The position numbers and the translations under genes were made by a program. Below, one piece after another: positions 12,001 to 17,123 of a stretch of 37,388 bases of DNA. Source of the DNA: an uncultured Gammaproteobacteria bacterium (lineage in GTDB: Bacteria > Patescibacteriota > Patescibacteriia > UBA9934 > CAZDDW01); the NCBI GenBank assembly GCA_964480695.1, contig CAYZPO010000002.1:1-37388 (forward strand), written 5' to 3'. The notes under the pieces are model-generated. The model searched no databases. It was not told the DNA's origin and saw only the letters and a list, made by a program, of their open reading frames with translations. Each line of letters starts with the position of its first letter. The stretch's first letter is position 1.

Positions 12001-14193
12001 GTGTCTGGAGACGATCTTCAGTTGACTATATCTAATGCCACGGCTTCTGATACGAGTCTGACTTTAACCTGGGCTTATGACAAAGAAGGCGATGTTGATG
12101 ATTCACTTGATGACGCTGCGGGTAACGCAGTAGCTGACATTTCGGCCCAAACCCTGGTCGACGCCGCTGCTCCGGTGAAGGTTTCTCAGAGTTATAAAGA
12201 CACTGATGTTGATGGAGTGGTGGACCGAGTTGATATTACTTTCACAGAAAACATTGCTTACGATGAATGTGAAGCCGGAGACTTTACTTTTGCTGGAGAC
12301 GATGCTGGAAGTATTGCTGTAGCCTCTTGCGCCGCCTCAACTACAGACTTGCAACTCACTATCTCTGACGCTACTGCTGACGACACTAACCTAACCCTAA
12401 CCCTGGCTTACGCTGCAGCTAACGGCACGGCTAGTTCACTTGATGACGCGGCCGGAAATGCGGTGGCTGACATAACTGCTGCTTCGATTACTGATGCAGC
12501 TGCTCCATTCATGACCGCTGCGGCAACTGGAGACAACGATAGTGATGGTCAGATTGATCGGGTTGTTGTAACCTTGTCTGAGGATTTGGATGAAAGTACT
12601 GTGGCTGGAGCAGACTTTACAGTCGCTGGGTTTGTAGTCAGTTCGGCTTCAGAAACTTCTGCTGGCGTGGTCACGATTGTCTTAACTGAGTCTGGAAGTG
12701 CAGACACTGACGCAACTCCAACTGTAACTTTAGCTGGAAGCATCGATGATACCGGATCAAACTCAGCCACTTCTGGAACCGAGGCTCCAACAGATGGAGC
12801 GGCTCCGGTATCCAGCGCATACAGTTACAAAGATACAGACTCAGACGGAACTGTGGACCGAGTTGATGTTACTTTCTCTGAGAATATCGCTCAGGACGAG
12901 TGTGAAGCCGGAGATTATACTTTTGGAGGTGCAGACGCTGGCACGATTGCTGTCAGTTCCTGTGCGGTATCCGGAGACGATCTCAGGCTCACGATCTCTA
13001 ACGCCACCGCTAACGATACCAGTCTAACTCTAACTTGGGCTTACGACAAAGAGGGAACCACAGATGATTCGCTCGACGATGCTGCTGGCAATGCCGTGGC
13101 TGATATCTCAGCTCAAACCGTGACTGATAGTGCTGGACCTTTGATTACCAGCACTACTCCAGAATCTGGTGAAGACAATTACCAACGAACCGAGGATATC
13201 GTGATTAATTTTACAGAAGCGATTGACACTAGTTCGTTTACCGTGTCTTTCTCACCAGACCCTGATGGTGTTTCTACTTCTTGGAGCAACTCAAACGCTA
13301 CGGCAACTATCGCTCATAACATCTTCCAATCAACGACTAATTATACGATCACAGTGACCGCAGCTCCAGATACTTCAGCTAATAGTTTTGTCGGAGCTAT
13401 AAGTGGGGTGACTCATCCGATCCTTTTGACCTCAGCCGCTGCTGGGGGAGTAAAACCTCCTGTTGTTGTTTATGTTCCTTATGTTCCAGTAGATAATTCA
13501 GACGACGACGATGAGACTACAGGGCCTGATACTGATACAGATACGGAAACTACAGATTCAACTGAGGAAGAAACAGAAACCGAGGAAACTGAGGAGACCG
13601 TGACTGGTACCATGGATTATGAACTTGATCAAGATTCAAATAAATGGAATTCAGATCAAACTGGTTATCGACCAAATACAATTAATGAAGCCCCATCTCC
13701 AGTGACTGGTGAAGAAGAGGATGTGAATGAGGTTTGGTCAGGAATGTTTATTTCTAGTCCTTCGTTCTCAACTGTGTACTACATTGATGATAATTTGCTT
13801 CGTCGACCGTTCTTTAATGCTCAAATCTTCTTTACCTGGGCCAGTTCTTGGGATGTGGTGATTGAAGTTACAGATGCTACACTCTCGACGTTAATTATGG
13901 GCGCACCGATTCTGCCACAACCTGGCGTGGTCTTGGTTAAGATTCAATCTTTGCCACAAGTCTACGCTCTTGAATATAATCCTAGTGAACCACTTAAACC
14001 GATTCTACGTTGGATTACGGATGAGGAAACTGCCATTGTTCTTTACGGAGTCAATTGGGCTGACTACGTGATTGACATTGATCCAACTTTGTTTGCCCGA
14101 TTTGAAACTAGCGGAGAAATTATTGATGAAGCGAGTGACTATTCGATTGATCAAGATATAACTAGAACAAGATTAGAATTAGCCTCATATTAA
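1..14193 (+). CDS. Giant secreted/surface repeat protein; 5' end lies outside the window (more than 4,730 aa)
   Basis: Frame 1 is open from nt 1 (SSGDISIAQGTDYSSGDD precedes the TTG at 55 used by the ORF track). Stop TAA at 14191-14193. Contains duplicated Gly-rich modules, 33 tandem ~105-120 aa modules each opening with a DxDxDGxxD-type loop, a terminal SbsA/Big_5-like Ig module (GPLITSTTPESGEDN...FTVSFSPDPDG), an acidic D/E/T linker and a ~190 aa C-terminal domain. Confidence 0.9.
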   Translation, partial: SSGDISIAQGTDYSSGDDLTLGGSGTCTLTMTNAATLTSLTILANATVSHAAEASAGVDITTTGDLTINADASINTNGLGCAAARGPDADNVCSDAGTGSSGGAGYNASGGAGHGGAGGAGTGSAGGAAYDSATNPVRFGAGSGGTAWGAGEPGGGLIKLAVSGNMSHSGTITADGDDGANRGNPPGGGAGGSINVAVTGTMAGSGTYSAKGGDGDADGGKESGGGGGGIIVISHAGGTVSYSSSDFDVTGGTRPNDTVHGTSGSVYVKDTSASAVSIFGGFTYDGSDFDTGLTSWIMDSGATAQTCSSGTSPVFDDVTNLTIGGTLDCSGADAFTFGATNVTFLDNASVSVGGNTTVTASTDLTMGTGVSITISGVGSDLDFTIADSDDQVWTDMTVTGPAEGIFTMDDEIDLELAGTTALDTSVQFTALTGFTIGASASINADEKGCRAPAAGAHGWGPNGSNVCSESGSGHSDGGGYVGTGGGGHGGNGGDGWGGGMTGGTGGYDTTAAPVLFGASAGGSISYAGQSGGGVVHLDVTGNMTWNGAISAEGDDAQARNSNRAPGGGAGGSVYITVNGTVSGTTGSLSVAGGDGEDGNGSIEGGGGGGGLTAVEYEIDSTSFLSGLTSAGVAPGGDGGPNGETDTADDGVNGTLTLTALLAFSSAQYLDTNSDGQVDRVDVTFTKNITLDECDVADYTFGGADAGTIAVASCATSGADLQLTISNAPASDTNLTLTWAYTAANGTANSIHDGAGTNLGDVSAQTLDDAAAPVSTAYAYKDTGGDGQVDRFDVTFTENIAQDECEAGDFTIGGADAGTIAVASCATSTTDLQLTVSNAPAGDTNLTLTLAYTAANGTADSLDDADGNAVGNITAQSLTDAAAPVSTAYAYKDTDADGQVDRFDITFSEDIAYDECDAADYTVGGADAGTIAVASCGNSGADLQLTVSNAPAGDTNLTLTLAYTAANGTADSLDDTAGNAVSDISAQSLTDAAAPVITTFTYQDNDGDGKVDAVTAGFSETVTAASVLRAADLTLTNVGDFTSAAYGSATDDLITGSVSSVKVNLGTEASVVDTFEDSGNIAISSQNNFSLTDGTTTNNTLGAQTQASFADGVAPVSTAYSYKDVNGDGQVDRFDITFSENIAQDECEAGDYTVGGADAGTIAVASCATSTTDLRLTVSNAPASDTNLTLTWAYTADNGTADSLDDAAGNGVTDITAQSLTDAAAPVSTAYSYLDTDADGQVDRFDVTFTENIAYDECDSADYTVGGADAGSIAVASCAASTTDLRLTVSNAPAGDTNLTLTLAYTAANGTADSVDDAAGNAVSDISAQSLTDAAAPVITTFTYQDADADGKVDQIQATFSETVTAASVLRPNDLNLTDVGDFTSAAFGSDTTDAISGSVTTATLTLGTEASVIDTVDGSGTLAISTQNGFSLTDGTTTNTTLGAQTQVSFADGAAPIITDFTYQDNDSDGKIDRVVATFSETVTAASVLRPNDLNLTNVGDFTSAAFGADTTDAISGSVSSATITLGTEASVVDTNEGSSNIAISTQNGFSLTDGTNTNTTLGAQSGATFTDGASPVSTAYSYLDTGGDGQIDRFDLTFSENIAYDECDAADYTVGGADAGSIAVASCAASTTDLQLTVSNAPASDTNLTLTLAYTAANGTADSLDDAAGNAVANISAQSLTDAAAPVLSAQTYEDSDNNGTVDRVTLTLTEAASTQTAVIGDFTYVAQDITDSVLASGTLSYPDTSTVRLVLGTAGDSGITSHTTAPTIAYTDGGATAIADAAGNQLATFGTTNLSDGAAPVITDFTYQDNDGDGKTDRVVATFSETVTAASVLRPNDLNLTNVGDFTSAAFGSDTTDAISGSVSTATLTLGTEASVVDTAEDSGNIAISSQNGFSLTDGTNTNTTLGAQTQASFTDGAAPLSTAYSYLDTDTDGQVDRFDVTFSENIAYDECDTADYTVGGADAGSIAVASCASSTTDLRLTVSNAPAEDTNLTLTLAYTAANGTANSLDDAAGNAVADISAQSLTDAAAPQLISQTYDDSDANGTVDRVTLTLSEAASTQTAVIGDFTYVAQDITGSALASGTLSYPTTSTIRLVLGTAGNSGITGHTTAPTIAYTDGGATAVADAAGNQLATFGTTNLTDGAAPVITDFTYQDNDGDGKIDRMVTTFSETVTAASVLRPNDLNLTNVGDFTSAAFGSDTTDAISGSVTTATLTLGTEASVVDTNEGSSNIAISSQNGFSLTDGNNTNTTLGAQTQASFTDGASPISTAYAYKDTNGDGQVNRVDVTFSENIAQDECEAGDYAFGGGDAGSIAVSSCATSTTDLQLTISDAPANDTNLTLTWAYDKEGTTDDSLDDAAGNAVADISAQSLTDAAAPIVTAQEYQDSDANGTVDRVVLTLSEAASTQTAVIGDFTYAAQDITGSALASGTLSYPTTSTVRLVLGTAGNSGITGHTTAPTIAYTDGGATAVADAAGNQLATFGATNLSDAATPVITDFTYQDNDGDGKIDRVVTTFSETVTAASVLRPNDLNLTNVGDFTSAAFGSDTTDAISGSVTTATLTLGTEASVVDTAEDSGNIAISSQNGFSLTDGTNTNTTLGAQTQASFTDGAAPISTAYAYKDLLGDGQIETVEVTFSENIAYDECEAGDYAFGGGDAGSIAVSGCATSGTALRYTISNAPASDTNLALTWAYDTDAGTSGSVDDAAGNAVADISAQSLTDAAAPMSTAYSYKDTDADGQVDRFDITFTENIGQDECEAGDFTIGGADAGTIAVASCATSTTDLQLTVSNATADDTNLTLTWAYDQSAGTADSLDDAAGNAVVDVSAQPISDGAAPQITDFTYQDNDGDGKIDQVVATFSETVTAASVLRPADLNLTNVGDFTSAAFGSDTTDAISGSVTTATLTLGTEASVVDTNEGSSNIAISSQNNFSLTDGNNTNNTLGAQTVASFTDGAAPVSTAYSYLDINGNGQVDRFDITFSENIAQDECEAGDFAVGGADAGSIAVASCATSTTDLRLTVSNAPASDTNLTLTWAYDKEGNVDDSLDDAAGNAVADISAQTLADAAAPVSIAYSYKDTNTDGQIDRFDITFTENIAYDECDAADYTVGGADAGSIAVSSCAASTTDLQLTVTGATADDTNLTLTLAYTAANGTADSLDDAAGNAVVDISAQSLDDDAAPFMTAAVTADNDSDGQIDRVVVTLSEDLDENSVAGADFTVGSFTVSSASETSAGVVTIVLTESGGADTDATPTVTIAGTITDAANDIDATSGTEASTDGAAPVSSTYAYKDTDADGTVDRVDVTFSENIAQDECEAGDYAFGGGDAGSIAVSSCTVSGDDLQLTISDATASDTNLTLTWAYDKEGTTDDSLDDAAGNAVADISAQTLDDAAAPLISAQQYEDSDNNGTVDRVTLTLTEAASTQTAVIGDFTYVAQDITGSALASGTLSYPTTSTVRLVLGTAGNSGITSHTTAPTIAYTDGGATAVADAAGNQLATFGTTNLTDGAAPVITDFTYQDNDGDGKIDRIVATFSETVTADSVLRAADLTLTNVGDFTSAAFGSNTTDLITGSVSSVTVTLGTEATVVDTNEGSSNIAISSQNNFSLTEGTNTNNTLGAQSQASFTDAAAPVSTAYAYKDTDSDGTVDRVDVTFSENIAQDECEAGDYAFAGGDAGTIAVSTCNAAGDDLQLTISNATASDTNLTLTWAYDASAGTASSLDDATGNAVADISAQTLTDAAAPVSTAYAYKDTDADGQVDRVDVTFTENIAYDECEAGDYAFAGDDAGTIAVSSCAVSGDDLRLTISNATADDTNLTLTWAYDKEGTTDDSLDDAAGNAVADISAQTLTDSAAPFMTAAVTADNDGNGQIDRVVVTLSEDLTEGTVAGADFTVGSFTVSSASETSAGVVTIVLTESGTADTDATPTVTLAGSIDDTGSNSATSGTEAPTDGAAPVSSAYSYKDTNSDGTVDRVDVTFSENIAQDECEAADYAFAGDDAGSIAVSSCAVSGDDLQLTISNATASDTSLTLTWAYDKEGDVDDSLDDAAGNAVADISAQTLVDAAAPVKVSQSYKDTDVDGVVDRVDITFTENIAYDECEAGDFTFAGDDAGSIAVASCAASTTDLQLTISDATADDTNLTLTLAYAAANGTASSLDDAAGNAVADITAASITDAAAPFMTAAATGDNDSDGQIDRVVVTLSEDLDESTVAGADFTVAGFVVSSASETSAGVVTIVLTESGSADTDATPTVTLAGSIDDTGSNSATSGTEAPTDGAAPVSSAYSYKDTDSDGTVDRVDVTFSENIAQDECEAGDYTFGGADAGTIAVSSCAVSGDDLRLTISNATANDTSLTLTWAYDKEGTTDDSLDDAAGNAVADISAQTVTDSAGPLITSTTPESGEDNYQRTEDIVINFTEAIDTSSFTVSFSPDPDGVSTSWSNSNATATIAHNIFQSTTNYTITVTAAPDTSANSFVGAISGVTHPILLTSAAAGGVKPPVVVYVPYVPVDNSDDDDETTGPDTDTDTETTDSTEEETETEETEETVTGTMDYELDQDSNKWNSDQTGYRPNTINEAPSPVTGEEEDVNEVWSGMFISSPSFSTVYYIDDNLLRRPFFNAQIFFTWASSWDVVIEVTDATLSTLIMGAPILPQPGVVLVKIQSLPQVYALEYNPSEPLKPILRWITDEETAIVLYGVNWADYVIDIDPTLFARFETSGEIIDEASDYSIDQDITRTRLELASY
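203..1845 (+). repeat. Duplicated Gly-rich module inside the giant CDS (copy 1 ~203-705, copy 2 ~1324-1845)
   Basis: Copy 1: INADASINTNGLGCAAARGPDADNVCSDAG...GGGAGGSINVAVTGTMAGSG...GGGGGGIIVISH. Copy 2: INADEKGCRAPAAGAHGWGPNGSNVCSESG...GGGAGGSVYITVNGTVSGTTG...GGGGGGGLTAVEY. Motifs occur in the same order, and each copy has one Cys pair. Confidence 0.75.
1990..13140 (+). repeat. In-frame tandem array of 33 Ig-like modules: 18 type A, 8 type B, 4 type C, 3 type D
   Basis: Read from the translation. Type A: APVSTAY.YKDT..DGQVDR.DVTF.ENIA.DECE..D......DAG.IAV.SC...(~105 aa, two Cys). Type B: APVITDFTYQDNDGDGKIDRVV.TFSETVTAASVLRPNDLNLTNVGDF...(~121 aa). Type C: AP...AQ.YEDSD.NGTVDRVTLTL.EAASTQTAVIGDFTYVAQDITGS...(~117 aa). 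Type D: APFMTAAVTADNDSDGQIDRVVVTLSEDL...(~104 aa). Order: AAAB AABB ACB ACB ACB AAB AAD ACB AAD AAD A. Confidence 0.9.
4723..7836 (+). repeat. Higher-order tandem repeat: three consecutive A-C-B units of exactly 1,038 bp each
   Basis: The unit starts I located in the DNA are 4723, 5761, 6799 and 7837, spaced by 1,038 nt each time. Long identical nucleotide runs are shared between units, for example acgtcggagacttcactagcgc and cttggaaccgaggcttccgtggtcgacactgctgaagactcagg near 5531/7611 and 5618/7691. Confidence 0.85.
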
Positions 14194-14194
14194 T

Positions 14195-15688
14195 ATGGTC
14201 AGAAAAAGAAAGTTAGCGATCCTAATCGCTTTTATCGCCGTGATTTTAGTTGCGGCCGCTGTGATGGTTTATTTATTAATGACAGCTGAACCTGAGGCTG
14301 AGGTTCCGGATTGTGATATCAACGGTGACGGGGTAATTGATGAACGTGAGAATCGTTTGTGTTTTGAAGCTGACATTTTGGGGACCAATCAGACAGATGT
14401 GCAGGTTGAAGAAGAAGGTACGATTGACCTACGCTTACCATCCGAGGGAGCAGGTGGAGGAACCTTGGCTGTTCGTTTATACATTCCAGAAAACCCTCGC
14501 TATGATGAAGGAGCACCAGTTATTGTTTGGGTGCCAGGCGGATATGAAATGAAAGGGATTAATCATGATCTTCCATCGAACGTGGATGATGTAATTATAG
14601 CCACATTTATTTTTCCAGGAGTAACAGATGAGTGGTCAGGTTTTTATTCTGACGGCGAATATGATTGGCGTGGCGAGAACTGTATCCGTGCTTTGGCTGA
14701 CGTGATCTTGTTCGCTGCTGGTGAACTTGAGGATTCAGAAGGAAACACCATTGACGATTTGTCTCCGGTTCCTGTGATTCACGACAACATCGGTGTGATT
14801 GGTGTGTCAAATGGTGGAAACTTGCCAGTAGCTGCCGCAGCTTTGTATGGTGACGAACTTACTGATTACTTGCGTTATATCATCCAATGGGAAACCCCAG
14901 TGTCAAGTCAGGTGGCTAATCGTGACTTCGGTCGCGTCTGGGTTAAAGAAGGTGGTCCAAAAAACGACTACTTTAATCCACGCTACTCCGGATATGGAGA
15001 TTACGAGTTTGCTGTTAGCTATGATGATCTGGCTTATGATCCGACTCAGGAATGGCATCCAGTTTTTCATGACGGTAACGGGGACGGAGTTTATACCACC
15101 TCTAGTTATATGCAGCTCCCAATTCAAGGTCCTGACTATGATATGGATGGTGTAATGTCGCTGGATGAAGATTTTCCTTTGGACGGATATCAAGGCGGAC
15201 CTGATGGTGAGACTTGGTTTTTCTCACGTCCCGTAACTCATGCCATGCGTGATCAAAACATCTTTGTTGATTATGGTTGGCCAGACGATATTGCTAAACC
15301 TGGCGAGGCAGATTATTACTGGGATATCCGCGAGTCAGTTTATATGTACGATGAAGCCCTTGCTAATATTCCTGATCTTGAGGCCATGATTTTGGCCGGT
15401 CTAGTTGATCATGTTCAAACTAACTCTGAGAAACCACACATTCGTCAGGCTTTTGAGGGTTGGTTGGATAATGGTACGTCCTGGGTTCAGATTAATCCTA
15501 ATCCTGAGTATATGGTCGAAGCGTATCCTGGATATCGAAGGCAGGCTAACGACTTACCGGATAATATGCCGAACAAAGCCCCTCATGACTGGGCTGACGC
15601 TGAGGCTTATGCTTTTGCTGAAGAGATCGAAACCGCAGCTTATCAGCTTGCCGGGGTTTATCAAATGATGGACCGCGCCCAACAGTAG
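14195..15688 (+). CDS. Membrane-anchored alpha/beta-hydrolase-fold protein (putative esterase/peptidase), paralog 1
   Basis: ATG lies 1 nt after the giant gene's stop. N-terminal TM helix (LAILIAFIAVILVAAAVMVYLL), dockerin/EF-hand-like DINGDGVID, oxyanion-type VIVWVPGG, nucleophile elbow GVSNG in IGVIGVSNGGN, and Asp motif LAGLVDHV. Confidence 0.6.
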   Translation: MVRKRKLAILIAFIAVILVAAAVMVYLLMTAEPEAEVPDCDINGDGVIDERENRLCFEADILGTNQTDVQVEEEGTIDLRLPSEGAGGGTLAVRLYIPENPRYDEGAPVIVWVPGGYEMKGINHDLPSNVDDVIIATFIFPGVTDEWSGFYSDGEYDWRGENCIRALADVILFAAGELEDSEGNTIDDLSPVPVIHDNIGVIGVSNGGNLPVAAAALYGDELTDYLRYIIQWETPVSSQVANRDFGRVWVKEGGPKNDYFNPRYSGYGDYEFAVSYDDLAYDPTQEWHPVFHDGNGDGVYTTSSYMQLPIQGPDYDMDGVMSLDEDFPLDGYQGGPDGETWFFSRPVTHAMRDQNIFVDYGWPDDIAKPGEADYYWDIRESVYMYDEALANIPDLEAMILAGLVDHVQTNSEKPHIRQAFEGWLDNGTSWVQINPNPEYMVEAYPGYRRQANDLPDNMPNKAPHDWADAEAYAFAEEIETAAYQLAGVYQMMDRAQQ

Positions 15689-15718
15689 GGGGTCAGGTCT
15701 TGATATCTGATTTTAAGC
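15687..15718 (+). repeat. Copy 1 of a 32-bp perfect long-range inverted repeat (agggggtcaggtcttgatatctgattttaagc)
   Basis: This is the exact reverse complement of 31803-31834. It overlaps the TAG stop of the upstream gene and ends 8 nt before the next ATG. Its 3' end is part of a 16-bp palindrome, ATTTTAAGCTTAAAAT (15710-15725). Confidence 0.95.
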
Positions 15719-15725
15719 TTAAAAT

Positions 15726-17117
15726 ATGACAAACAGGACAAGAAATTTGGTTTTATTCGTGATCTTGCCGATCGTTATTATTGTGGTTGCAATTTTGGTG
15801 GCTTGGTTGTTGCGGGTTCCTGAGGTCGAGGTGGTTGAGGGCGACGAAGTGCGTCGTTACGGAGTTGGCGAGGAGTTTGTGACTTACGTTGAATCTGAGG
15901 GCATCGGACGGATTGCTGTTTTGATCGATATTCCGGAGAACCCTCGTTATCCTGAGGGGGCGCCGATTATTTTTGATGTCTCGACCTGGTTTGCTGGCTT
16001 GGTTGGTTTTCATGATAAGTTTGACGCCACAGCGATCGGGGCGATAAATGTTAATCATTTGTGGCCAGGGAACTGTGAATATCGGATGGACGTTTGCTCT
16101 GACGGAGAAAATGATTACGGTGGTCCTGATGCCATTGCTTCGCTACGCGACGCAATTCGTTTTGCTTCTGGAGTGATTCCGAACGCTGATGGTTATTACC
16201 TCGAAGAATTGCTCGAAGTCACACCTTTACTCGATAACGTTGGGCTGTACGCTTCCTCACACTCTGGAGTCGTGGCAACTAATGTCATGGCTTACTACGG
16301 CAGCGAATTTCCAACGGTGAGATATTTTATTGGTCGTGAGAATCCAACTCTCCCAGAGATGTATCCTTTAGAGATTGGGCACTGGGACAGTGAACGCTTG
16401 GATCAGCGTCAGCCGGTTTACAATCCATTTTATGACCCCAATGGCTACACTCGTAACTCGATCGAGGTCGACTATTCTACGGTCGGCTGGATTGAGAACG
16501 TTGAATATCCAGAGGGTCGTCCATATCATGAAGTACCTGGCGGAGACGACTACATCCTCGATGACAAAGGACCGAACATGTGGGGCAAGCGATATTTCTC
16601 TCATGAACTTACTCAGGCTTTGCTTGATAACGGAGCTCTGACTTTAGCCGACTGGCCTGATGATGTGGCTACCCCAGCTGAGACCGCTGAGGTTTGGCCG
16701 TATCGAACTGCCGCGACCAACTATCCGCTCTTGATCAACGAGCTTCCAGATGATTTTAAAGTCATGCTGGTCTTTGCAACTGATGATCATGTGCAAGTTG
16801 CACCAGATCGACCGCACATTCGTCAGGCGTATGACGGATTTAAAAAAACCGCTGGCGTGGACTGGGTGCGGTTGAATCCTGATTTGGTTTATGCTCAGCA
16901 GTTGATTTCTAATGCTCGGGCAGCAGGCTTTTCTGATAATGACGCTAACACTGAGCCTGTGGATTGGGGTGATTCGCGCGACATCGGGCATCCGTATAGC
17001 GGAACCACAATCGAACCAATGTCTCAAGCTGGTATGGCTGAGATGTGCGATCGAGTTTACTTTAATGAGTGGTCAGACAATTTAGATCAGGTGCTGTGGG
17101 ATTATGTGGTAAAATAA
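15726..17117 (+). CDS. Membrane-anchored alpha/beta-hydrolase-like protein, paralog 2 (divergent active-site motifs)
   Basis: N-terminal TM helix. Shares IPENPRYPEGAPII, DDHVQV and PHIRQAYDGF blocks with paralog 1. The elbow reads A-S-S-H-S (VGLYASSHSGVV) and the PGG oxyanion motif is replaced by DVSTWF. Confidence 0.55.
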   Translation: MTNRTRNLVLFVILPIVIIVVAILVAWLLRVPEVEVVEGDEVRRYGVGEEFVTYVESEGIGRIAVLIDIPENPRYPEGAPIIFDVSTWFAGLVGFHDKFDATAIGAINVNHLWPGNCEYRMDVCSDGENDYGGPDAIASLRDAIRFASGVIPNADGYYLEELLEVTPLLDNVGLYASSHSGVVATNVMAYYGSEFPTVRYFIGRENPTLPEMYPLEIGHWDSERLDQRQPVYNPFYDPNGYTRNSIEVDYSTVGWIENVEYPEGRPYHEVPGGDDYILDDKGPNMWGKRYFSHELTQALLDNGALTLADWPDDVATPAETAEVWPYRTAATNYPLLINELPDDFKVMLVFATDDHVQVAPDRPHIRQAYDGFKKTAGVDWVRLNPDLVYAQQLISNARAAGFSDNDANTEPVDWGDSRDIGHPYSGTTIEPMSQAGMAEMCDRVYFNEWSDNLDQVLWDYVVK

Positions 17118-17123
17118 AAACGT

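Noticed and set aside
1990-13140. The highly periodic repeat array could have been a CRISPR array or satellite DNA.
   Set aside because: Repeat units are 310-360 nt, contiguous with no spacers, and stay in one open reading frame for 11 kb with conserved protein motifs. They are coding domain repeats.
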